Shown: positions 9,339-17,800 of the stretch, piece after piece | Layout of the letters: each line of letters begins with the position of its first letter | Position numbering within the stretch: position 1 is the first letter of the stretch | Origin: Armatimonadota bacterium | GTDB lineage: Bacteria > Armatimonadota > UBA5829 > DTLH01 | Direction: 5' to 3' | Assembly (NCBI GenBank): GCA_038207085.1 | Contig: JBBRAE010000029.1 | Span: 1 to 34,846 of the forward strand | Length of the DNA: 34,846 nucleotides | The notes under the pieces: model-generated | The model's database searches: none | What the model was told of the DNA's origin: nothing | Seen by the model: the letters and a program-made list of their open reading frames with translations, nothing else | Translations under genes and position numbers: made by a program

Positions 9339-11290
9339 GAATCCCACTCGACAACTGGCTGATTCTCATCCCCGAGCTTCTGCTCCTAATCGCCGCAATG
9401 AAGGTGCTATTAATAGGCGCTTTCACCCGGGGCTGGATGCGCCGCGCCATTCCCTGGGGCTCATTTGCCGCAGTGGCGCTTGTGATAGTCGTCGAAGTGC
9501 TGCTCTGGAACCGTCCAACCGTTGCCTTCAACGGAATGCTCGTAAGCGACAACTTCACGATTCTGGTCAACATCGCGATACTCATCGGAACCGCGCTTGC
9601 GATACTCTTGTCAGTCGATTACTCCCGCAGAGAGGAGCTTCCCCAGGGCGAGTATTACGGCCTGATAATGCTCTCGACGCTTGGCATGCTCCTGATGGCC
9701 GCAAGCTCGAACCTGATAATGATCTTCCTCTCCCTTGAGGTGCTTTCGATTGCGCTTTACGTGCTCACGTGCATCGCCCGCCATCGAGCGACCTCCCAGG
9801 AAGCTGGGATGAAGTATTTCCTGCTCGGCTCGTTCGCCTCGGCGTTTCTGGTCTACGGCTCGGCGCTGGTCTACGGCGCGACGGGCTCTCTCTCACTCCC
9901 TGAGATCGCACAAGCCCCCGCGAACACCCTGCTCTACGCCGGAGCCGCGCTCATCATAGTGGGTCTCGGCTTCAAAGTCGCGGTAGTCCCGTTCCAGATG
10001 TGGACCCCCGACGTCTACGAGGGCGCGCCGACCTCGGTCACGGCGTTTATGTCGGTTGGGACCAAAGCCGCCGCCTTTGCCGCGCTTTTGCGTGTGCTTC
10101 TCATAGCTTTCCCGACGATCCAGCCTGTCTGGGTCGACGCGATATGGCTAATCGCCGTCCTCACGATGATCGTTGGAAATGTGCTCGCGATCACCCAATC
10201 ATCGATCAAGCGCCTGCTCGCCTATTCCAGCATCGCCCACGCCGGCTACATACTGGTCGCCGTAACCGCCGCAAACACCCTTGCGGGCAAGACAGGCGCA
10301 AACGAGCTCGCCATACAGAGCATCCCGTTCTATCTGATCACCTACGCCTTCATGAACATCGGCGCGTGGGCGGTCGTCACCGCAGTCACCAAGAAGGGCG
10401 ACGAAGCCACCGCGCTCGACGACTACGCGGGGCTTTTCTGGAACCACCCCGCACTTGCGACTGCGATGGGGCTTTTCATGTTCGCGCTCGCCGGTCTTCC
10501 CCCGACGGCCGGGTTCACCGCCAAGGTATTCGTGTTTGTGGGCGCCTACCGAGCGGGTATGATCGGTTTGGTTATAGCAGCGGTTGTTACGTCGATCATA
10601 TCGGCCTATTACTACCTGCGCGTGACCGTGATGATGTTTATGCAGCGCCCGAAGCAGTCGCCCGTTGTCAGCCTCACATGGCCCACGGCGACCGCGATCG
10701 CGATATCCGCCGCCGCAACGATCTGGCTGCTCATATTCCCGGCAAGCACAAGATCGTTCGACCCGTCGGTCGCGAACATAGCGCCATCAGCTATTGGCTA
10801 TAGAATTACAGAAGGGACACCGAACATGATAACAGAAGGACAGAAAGCGCCGGAGTTCTCGCTTCCGACAATCGGCGGCAAGACCATATCGCTTCGGGAC
10901 TTCGAGGACAAACAGAATGTTATACTATATTTCTATCCTAAGGATGATACGCCTGGCTGCACGAAAGAAGCCTGCTTCTTCCGTGATCTTGAAGCAGAGT
11001 TCAAAGCGGCCAATACGGCGATCCTCGGCGTCAGCACGGACAGCGTAGCAAGCCACGAGAAGTTCGCCGAAAAGTTCCATCTCCCCTTCCCTCTCCTTGC
11101 CGACGAAGAGAAAACCGTCGTAGAGAGCTACGGCGTCTGGAAAGAGAAAATCAACTACGGCAAGAACTATATGGGAGTAGAGCGCACCACCTTCATCATC
11201 GACAAACACGGCACGGTCCGCAAGATCTACCCCAAAGTAAAAGTAGAAGGCCACGTCGACGAGGTGCTGGAGTTCGTAAAGAGTCTATGA
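9335..11290 (+). CDS. nuoN: NADH-quinone oxidoreductase subunit N reading in frame into a BCP/PrxQ peroxiredoxin
   Basis: EAGMKYFLLGS, FKVAVVPFQMWTPDVYEGAPT, LAYSSIAHAGY, AGLPPTAGFTAK, SAYYYLRV. No stop before the peroxiredoxin domain. Confidence 0.9.
   Translation: MRIPLDNWLILIPELLLLIAAMKVLLIGAFTRGWMRRAIPWGSFAAVALVIVVEVLLWNRPTVAFNGMLVSDNFTILVNIAILIGTALAILLSVDYSRREELPQGEYYGLIMLSTLGMLLMAASSNLIMIFLSLEVLSIALYVLTCIARHRATSQEAGMKYFLLGSFASAFLVYGSALVYGATGSLSLPEIAQAPANTLLYAGAALIIVGLGFKVAVVPFQMWTPDVYEGAPTSVTAFMSVGTKAAAFAALLRVLLIAFPTIQPVWVDAIWLIAVLTMIVGNVLAITQSSIKRLLAYSSIAHAGYILVAVTAANTLAGKTGANELAIQSIPFYLITYAFMNIGAWAVVTAVTKKGDEATALDDYAGLFWNHPALATAMGLFMFALAGLPPTAGFTAKVFVFVGAYRAGMIGLVIAAVVTSIISAYYYLRVTVMMFMQRPKQSPVVSLTWPTATAIAISAAATIWLLIFPASTRSFDPSVANIAPSAIGYRITEGTPNMITEGQKAPEFSLPTIGGKTISLRDFEDKQNVILYFYPKDDTPGCTKEACFFRDLEAEFKAANTAILGVSTDSVASHEKFAEKFHLPFPLLADEEKTVVESYGVWKEKINYGKNYMGVERTTFIIDKHGTVRKIYPKVKVEGHVDEVLEFVKSL
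10826..11290 (+). CDS. bcp: BCP/PrxQ peroxiredoxin domain (possibly also translated independently)
   Basis: MITEGQKAPEFSL...YFYPKDDTPGCTKEACFFRD...ERTTFIID. Own ATG at 10826 preceded by GAAGGGA; TAGAAT at 10801-10806. Confidence 0.88.
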   Translation: MITEGQKAPEFSLPTIGGKTISLRDFEDKQNVILYFYPKDDTPGCTKEACFFRDLEAEFKAANTAILGVSTDSVASHEKFAEKFHLPFPLLADEEKTVVESYGVWKEKINYGKNYMGVERTTFIIDKHGTVRKIYPKVKVEGHVDEVLEFVKSL

Positions 11291-11596
11291 TTCGCCGGGA
11301 CTATCCGACCTGGTCCGCTCCCTGGCAATATCACCAATGTGGTCATAGACCTCGCGACGATGCCCGACGCGCACGATGAGAACGACAACTTTTTCGTCCT
11401 GGACAACATACACAACGCGATAGTCGCCCTGTCGCACTCTGTAGCACGAGTCTATTCCGCCGAGCTTCTTTGACACGGATGGTCGAGGATCGTCCGCGAG
11501 CGCGGCAATAGCATCGGTCAGCAATTTTTGGGCGTCACGCGGCAGTTTTTTGATCTCCCGACGCGCGCCGGATGTCACCCTTACCTTGTATCTCAC
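11285..11596 (-). CDS. Type II toxin, RelE/ParE family
   Basis: YKVRVTSGARREIKKL...DPRPSVSKKLGG...YRVRQGDYRVVY...VGHRREVY. GTGA overlap with the antitoxin. Confidence 0.9.
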   Translation of the reverse strand: MRYKVRVTSGARREIKKLPRDAQKLLTDAIAALADDPRPSVSKKLGGIDSCYRVRQGDYRVVYVVQDEKVVVLIVRVGHRREVYDHIGDIARERTRSDSPGES

Positions 11597-11853
11597 AGCC
11601 CAAGTTCAGATCTGAGTTCGTCCAGCGAAACCGTGCTTTCAGTTTCCGCAAGCCGTTTCTTCACCACTTCGACATCCAGCCGGTCCTCAAGCTCTTCAAT
11701 CAGCCTTTCGAGCAGCGCAAGGTCTTCCATAGGAACAAGCGCCGCCAGTTCCTTGCCTCGACGAGTAAACACAACCCGTTCCTTGCCATAGGCCGCGCGG
11801 TTGATCAATTCTGCGAGCTGGTTTCTCGCTTCAGCGGTAGTAACCGTAGTCAT
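11593..11853 (-). CDS. Type II antitoxin, Phd/YefM family
   Basis: MTTVTTAEARNQLAELINRAAYGKERVVFTRRGKELAALV with an acidic C-terminus. Confidence 0.9.
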   Translation of the reverse strand: MTTVTTAEARNQLAELINRAAYGKERVVFTRRGKELAALVPMEDLALLERLIEELEDRLDVEVVKKRLAETESTVSLDELRSELGL

Positions 11854-11871
11854 ATCGACACCTACCTTACG

Positions 11872-11906
11872 AATTGTACAATTGAGTGTTACGGTACATT
11901 ATACCA
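11872..11906 (-). promoter_or_regulatory. TA promoter (extended -10) and palindromic operator
   Basis: Minus-strand TGgTATAAT (11898-11906). Perfect palindrome AATTGTACAATT at 11872-11883, between the -10 and the antitoxin start. Confidence 0.6.
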
Positions 11907-11970
11907 CACTTGACAACCTCCTGCCTGATAGGTTATCGTTCAACCGTTAGCTTGTCATCAGGGGAACCTC

Positions 11971-13161
11971 ATGCGGACATTCACCTATTCAATACTTGCG
12001 ATTCTTGCCCTCGCGCTCAACGGCTGCGGCGGTGATGGCGGAACGAGCGGCGGCGGAGGAGGCACACCGGGCGGAAGTGGGATCACGATCTCCCCGGACC
12101 CCGCGGTCACACCCACAAGCAGCTCCGTTCAGCTCTCAGTGAGCGGCGGAACCGTCACCTGGGACGTTCAGGAAGAAGGCGGCGGCTCGATCAACGCAAG
12201 CGGACTCTACACCGCGCCGAGCACCCCCGGCACATACCACGCAGTCGCGACAAGCGTCACAGATAGCACCAAGACCGACTCAGCCGAGTTGATCGTCGTC
12301 CCCTGGTCAGCCTCCGGCGGCCCGTCTTCCGGCGGCTACAGCCTCGCTGCGGTATGGGGAAGTGAGGGCTCCGGCAGGGGGCAGTTCCGCGACCCGACGG
12401 GTATCGCGCTCGACTCATCAGGCAGAGTCTACGTCTCCGACTCAGGGAACCGGCTAGTCCAGCGATTCGCAAACAACGGGCTCTTCCTCGACCAATGGTC
12501 GACCGCAAGCAACATCGTCGCGGCGGGAGACGCTGGCCCGATCGCTGTCAACTCCGCGGGCGACGTGTTCGTGCTCTACGGCCCGGGCGGCTACTACAAC
12601 CGGATCTACAAGCGCACATCGACGGGTTCGAGCCTGAACTGGGGGATCAGCACATTCCCCGGCTTCGATATCGACGTGACCGGCACAACTATCTACGCCA
12701 GCAACCCGACCAACACCGGATACCCCTCAGTGGTGCGCATAGTCAACCAAACAACAGGCGGCTTCTGGGTAGGCGGGCCAGGCGAGCTCGAAGACCCGAC
12801 CGGCGTCGCAATCGACTCCTCCGGCTACGTCTACGTCGCCGACAGGGCGCGAAGGGTCGTCATCAAGTATAACAGCACCGACCGCACACCCGTCATAACG
12901 ATCAACCTCGCCACCCGTGGCATACAGAACCCAAGCGGCATCGACGTCGACCCTTCCGGCAATATCTACATAGCCGACGTGACCACGACCAGGATATTCA
13001 AGCTAACCAACACCGGAAGCCCCCTGACAAGCTGGGAAACAGCCGCCTCCGGCCCCGGCGGCCACGACGGCCCGATCTGGGTCAAAGTAGACTCCGCCGG
13101 CGGCGTATTCGTCCTGGACAGCGGAAACAACCGGGTGCTGAAGTACGTGCCGCACAACTAA
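11971..13161 (+). CDS. Lipoprotein with Ig-like domain and NHL-repeat beta-propeller
   Basis: Lipobox-like LALNGC, Gly linker, GSINASGLYTAP Ig-like segment, repeated PTGIALDSSGRVYVSD / PTGVAIDSSGYVYVAD / PSGIDVDPSGNIYIAD. TTGACA at 11910-11915 upstream. Confidence 0.85.
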   Translation: MRTFTYSILAILALALNGCGGDGGTSGGGGGTPGGSGITISPDPAVTPTSSSVQLSVSGGTVTWDVQEEGGGSINASGLYTAPSTPGTYHAVATSVTDSTKTDSAELIVVPWSASGGPSSGGYSLAAVWGSEGSGRGQFRDPTGIALDSSGRVYVSDSGNRLVQRFANNGLFLDQWSTASNIVAAGDAGPIAVNSAGDVFVLYGPGGYYNRIYKRTSTGSSLNWGISTFPGFDIDVTGTTIYASNPTNTGYPSVVRIVNQTTGGFWVGGPGELEDPTGVAIDSSGYVYVADRARRVVIKYNSTDRTPVITINLATRGIQNPSGIDVDPSGNIYIADVTTTRIFKLTNTGSPLTSWETAASGPGGHDGPIWVKVDSAGGVFVLDSGNNRVLKYVPHN

Positions 13162-13178
13162 TACTTTAGAGCCGTAGA

Positions 13179-13231
13179 GAGGGCCATCCCAAGCCGTGCT
13201 GAGCCTGTCGAAGCACGAAGGATGAGCCCTC
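13179..13231. repeat. REP-like palindrome (CTGAGCCTGTCGAAG type) between convergent genes
   Basis: GAGGGC-CATCC...GTGCTGAGCCTGTCGAAGCAC...GGATG-A-GCCCTC. Closely resembles the hairpin at about 5714-5753. Confidence 0.7.
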
Positions 13232-13264
13232 CTCACCGGGCAGGAAAAGTTGTCTGCGGGGCTA

Positions 13265-13762
13265 TCATCCTACCTCTACCGGATTCTCCAACTCCCGAAC
13301 CTGGCAGTCATCCCTGTAGGTGTACTCAGGCAAAACGATCAGGGTGTTGACCCTCTTGCCCGGCTGTGTGGAAAACGGCGCGTGGTGCCAGATGCCTGGC
13401 TTCAACACGAGCATAGTTCCCTGAGGCACCCGAAACATCTCCGCACGATCAGCCGGAAACTGCGCGTCATCTGTCGGCGGAGCTACATGGCAGTAGATAT
13501 CGCCGTCGATCGGCATTATCACCTCACCCGTCCCCACATGAATCTCACTCACATCGATATTCAAATCCCGCCAGCCTACCTGACAGATACCGAACGCCGC
13601 CTTGGCTGAGCATCCGCCGCTCATATCCAGCACCCCTCCGCAGTCCGGCCAAAACTTGATGGTCTCCCCATCAAATAGCGGCGGTGTGTTGAGCGAAACC
13701 AGATTTTCGAACGTGCCGTACTTATCGAAAGCTTACTTGGTCAATTCCTGAACTGCGATCAT
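13265..13762 (-). pseudogene. Ureidoglycolate lyase-like cupin with in-frame TAA at codon 10
   Basis: AGGAAAGGA RBS, then MIAVQELTK*AFDKYG continuing in frame into the 13265-13633 ORF (HVGTGEVIMP...LKPGIWHHAPF). Stop at 13733-13735. Confidence 0.7.
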
Positions 13763-13868
13763 ATCAAAGCGTCCTTTCCTCTGTTTGAGAGCCGCTACAA
13801 GGAGCTGGCTTGCATACTCCTTAGTCTATTCCCTCTGGGGTTCCTTCCAGTAAATAGCACACAAACCC

Positions 13869-14636
13869 TCACCGACTCTCAACCAACCGATTCACCGGCG
13901 GATAAGTATCCTGAGACACAAGCGAGCGCGATGACCGGCCATTTTCCGTCACCCGCCGATAAACCGCAACGCGCAGCCCCGGCGCACCGTGATTGACCAC
14001 GTGCCAGCGCCTGCCGGACGAGTTCCTCCCCGTGCGAACGACCTCCGTCGGCTCGATCACCTTGCGCACCTCCCGCTCGACTGAAAACGTCTTCCCGGTC
14101 TTCCCCTGCGCAAGCACGCGGCAGACGACCTGATCTCCCGCAACCTCCGCCTCGATCTTGACCGGCCACGGATACGGGTTCCTGAACCGAAGGTCGATGT
14201 TATACTGCGCGACCGCCGCATCCTGCCCGGGCGGAGCGTAGCGCGCCGGAAACTGGTGCCGGTGCCGCTCCACGATCTCCATCCCCGAAAGCAGCGCCGC
14301 GTTGTAGAGCGTGGTCGAGGCCTGACAGACCCCGCCGCCCCAGCTCGGAATCAGCTCGCCGTTGTAGCTCACGGGCGCTTTCACATACCCCCGATCAGCC
14401 GACCACGACCCAACGGCACGGTTGAACGAAAACTCACCTCCAGCCGGAATCACCCGACCATCAAGCCCCCGCACCGCAAGCCGGAGGTTATGCGCCTGCG
14501 CCGAACTCCGCCCAGACGTACCCGTCCGATAAGCCGCGACTACCCTCCACCGCGAAGGCTGAGACGCCGCCCAGAAAACAAGCCCAAGCACCACCAAAAC
14601 CGACACTACCAAAATTGTCTTGCGATAATTACTCAT
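13869..14636 (-). CDS. VanW family protein with N-terminal membrane anchor and C-terminal G5-like segment
   Basis: FSFNRAVG...GYVKAP...GGGVCQASTTLYNAAL...ERHRH...GQDAAV...DLRFRN. The ORF-track N-terminus upstream of 14636 is translated repeat DNA. Confidence 0.85.
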   Translation of the reverse strand: MSNYRKTILVVSVLVVLGLVFWAASQPSRWRVVAAYRTGTSGRSSAQAHNLRLAVRGLDGRVIPAGGEFSFNRAVGSWSADRGYVKAPVSYNGELIPSWGGGVCQASTTLYNAALLSGMEIVERHRHQFPARYAPPGQDAAVAQYNIDLRFRNPYPWPVKIEAEVAGDQVVCRVLAQGKTGKTFSVEREVRKVIEPTEVVRTGRNSSGRRWHVVNHGAPGLRVAVYRRVTENGRSSRSLVSQDTYPPVNRLVESR

Positions 14637-14645
14637 AATGATCAC

Positions 14646-14810
14646 GTAGGGGCAGACCAACGTGTCTGCCCAAAAACTCTCCGTCGCAGAGAAATGGCGG
14701 ACACACTGGTCCGCCCCTACAAGCGCAGCCATTGAAGCTTGTGCACCCGCCATCCTGAGCCCCGTCGAAGGATGAGCGAGGCACCATCTCCCAACCCCCA
14801 ACCCCTAGTC
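14646..14810. repeat. Composite repeat: inverted GTAG-REP doublet, CATCCTGAG..TCGAAGGATG hairpin, heptamer tract
   Basis: GTAGGGGCAGACCAACGTGTCTGCCC (14646-14671) and GGCGGACACACTGGTCCGCCCCTAC (14696-14720). Hairpin at 14748-14778; CCCAACC/CCCAACC/CCTAG tract at about 14790-14810. Confidence 0.8.
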
Positions 14811-17800
14811 TCCAATCTCCATCAAACTCGCAGCCCCAATCCCGGCGATCTCCGGCTGGTACATCGCCTGCACCAGCGCCCCCGGCGCGTTGTAGCGGCC
14901 CGGAATCCATGCGCGCATCTCGTATTGGAGCGTCGACTTGCCCTTGGGAAGCGTGTCTACATAGAACGACACCCGTTCGTCACGCACGTCCATATCAGCC
15001 CACCAATAGTCCCACTCCCAGGGCTCCATCCGCCCCCGGTCAAACGCCTCGCAACCTGCGGGCAGATAGTCCTCGACCAACACGTGCCGGTACTCCTGCG
15101 GCGAGTTCACTATCACCCGGACCTGCATCGTGTCGCCGCTTCGGAACCTCGAACTGATGGAGTTAGACGGCCAGAGCTCGTTGTAGCGCAGGCTCTCGTT
15201 CCACCTCGGGACGAACTTTCTATACTCGCGGGAAACGGTGATCCCCGAGCCGGTGATCGTCCGCGGCGAGTCGTCGCGCTCTATATACTGAGTTGCCTCG
15301 ATGGTATAGTAGAGCGTCCCCGTCCCCTCTTTCACCAGACGAATCACGTTTGAGCCTTTGCCAACGTCGCGCGGACGGATGACGATCTCCCGCTCCGGCG
15401 CGAACACCGAGGCCTTGTCAAAGCGCGCGCCCCCGATCTCCCTGCCGTTGTCGAACACGGTCACTTTGCAGTCGGCCCCAAGCTCTTTGGTGCGGGCGAG
15501 GTAGTCGCTTGCGGCATAGATCACCATAGCCGTGTCGCGAGTCGACGACCAGTGGTTGTAGGCCCTTCGGCGCATAATCCCGCGCATAATGTCGGCAAGC
15601 CTTGGGTCCTCGGGGGTCAGCCGGTTGACGACCTGCATCGCAAGCGCCGTCACTTCAACATTGGACGAATCATAATCCCAGTCGCGCCTGCTCTTCCAGT
15701 AAACCTCTCCCCTGTCGATCTCAGCAGCGCTCCAAAGCCGCCTCAAGTATTCCCGAGCCCGCTCACCCTGTCCCAGATTGGCAAGCGTAAGCGCCACAAG
15801 CGCCGTGTCATAAGTGTCGCCCACGCCCGTTCGAGTAATCAGATCGATCTTCGCCCGCGCGACATCTGCTTTGCCCACAATCGAGAGCACGTAGGCAGCA
15901 TAGGAAAGATTCGGCGAAACCTTGCTCTGCCCCGCGACCTTCCGTGCGAGGTAGTCGATACCCTGCCTGAGAATCTCATCGTTCACCGCAAACCCCGCCT
16001 CGCGCGCCGTCTGCAGCCCGTAGACGACGTACGCCGTCATCCAGATATCTTCCTCGCCGTACTCGCACCATCCCCAGCCGCCGTTTTCGTTCTGGAAGTC
16101 GTAGAGCCGGTTCAGCCCTCGCCCGACCATATCCGGCAGGCGTTTCTTCAGCCCCTCGTTCTCGATCCCGAGGTTCTTCAGCATCCTCCAGATGACGACA
16201 TCGGGCAAAAACCCGCTCATAGTCTGCTCTGTACAGCCGTAGGGGTACGCGGCGAGGTAGTCGAGGCTTCCGATCAGCGACGACGCGAGCGAGGGCGCAA
16301 CTCTCACCCGAATCTCGCTCGCCCCACTGACCGCGTCCCCCCGAATAACGAGCTTCTCAAAGGTCGTATCCCCTGAAAGCGTCCCAACGCGAGTCTCGAC
16401 CTCCCTCTGTCCGTGCGGACGAACGGGGATTGTAAGCTCCATCGCGTCCTGCGCCCGTTCGCCGACCGCATACGCCGACACCGTCACCGGCCCAGGCCCA
16501 AGAACCGAAACCCACCACTCTGCCCGAGCCGTCCCGTCGCGATCGACACGCACCCGGCTGCTCGCGTGCCCCTCTACACGCAGCCCCGGAGCGCGAAGCG
16601 TCACATTCACCCGTTCATCACGGGACGTATAGTTGTGGACAATCGCCGAGACAAGCGCCCTGTCACCCTGCACCAGGAACCGAGGTATCTCAAGTCGAAC
16701 CAACAGCGGCTTGGTGCAGACGACGCTTGAAACGCACTGCCCGACCGCCGTGTCCACCGTGCAAGCCCGAGCCGTCGCCCGCCAGGTAGTCAAGTTGTCT
16801 GGAAGCTTCACCGACACCCGCGCAAGTCCCCGCGAGTCGGTCACAACATCGGCGCGCCAGTAGGCGGTGTCGAGAAAGTCCTTGCGCACCTTGCCCGTAA
16901 ACCCGCCCTTGTCCCCTGAGAGATACACGTTCGGGAACGAGTAGCGAGTGCTTACGGAATTGGGCTGGGCCGAATAGAAAAAGTCGCGAATCGGGGTCGT
17001 GTCGTCCGGCGCAATCGCATAAATTGCCTCATCGACCACACCCACAGACACCTCCGCCTGCACCGGCCTCCCCCGCCCATCGAGCGCCTTTATCACGTAA
17101 TTCGCTGTCTCCCCAGGCTGATACTTACGCTTGTCGGGGGTGACAGAAAGGCTGATCAGCTTTTCGCCAAGCGACACCTTCGCCCGCGCCTCGTCCTGCG
17201 CGAGCCGCTTCTTGCTCGCATAGCAGACCGACACGTAAAAGTTCGGGCGGTACTCGGCCTTGATCGGAATCTCGACCACGGTGGACTTGTCAGCAAGCTT
17301 GACTACCCTGTAGTCATAGAGCCGCCGCCCCTCCACCGTCACAAGTGCCGACGCGCCCTTGGCCTTGGTATTGATCATCACCCGCGCGACATCTCCGGGG
17401 TTGTAGCTCTTTTTGTCGAGCACCACTTGCAGATCGGGGTAGTTGTACCCCCCAAAGTCGCCCTCACCCGTCACCCAGACGTACTCCGAGCCCCTGATCT
17501 CGCGCCTCTTAGAGTCTTTGGCACGCACGCGGATCACATAAGACCCGGGCTTCTCAACCTTGAACGAAAACCGCGCCAGCCCCGCCCCGTCGGTGCGGAC
17601 AGTCCCGCCCGCGACCCGCTCGAAGCGCTCCTCATGGTTTGCCGAGTCCCAGTCAGTGAGATTGGCCGAAACCTCGACATCAACCCCAGCCTGAGGTTTG
17701 CCATCGTAATCAAGCGCCCGGACTTCAACCACGGACTCCTCACCAGCCGAAACCACATACTGCAGGGGCTGAACGCGCAGGCTGAACGTCCCCTGCGTCG

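Noticed and set aside
14637..14801. N-terminal extension of VanW given by the ORF track
   Set aside because: Consists of REP/heptamer DNA; the membrane anchor begins after ATG 14636.
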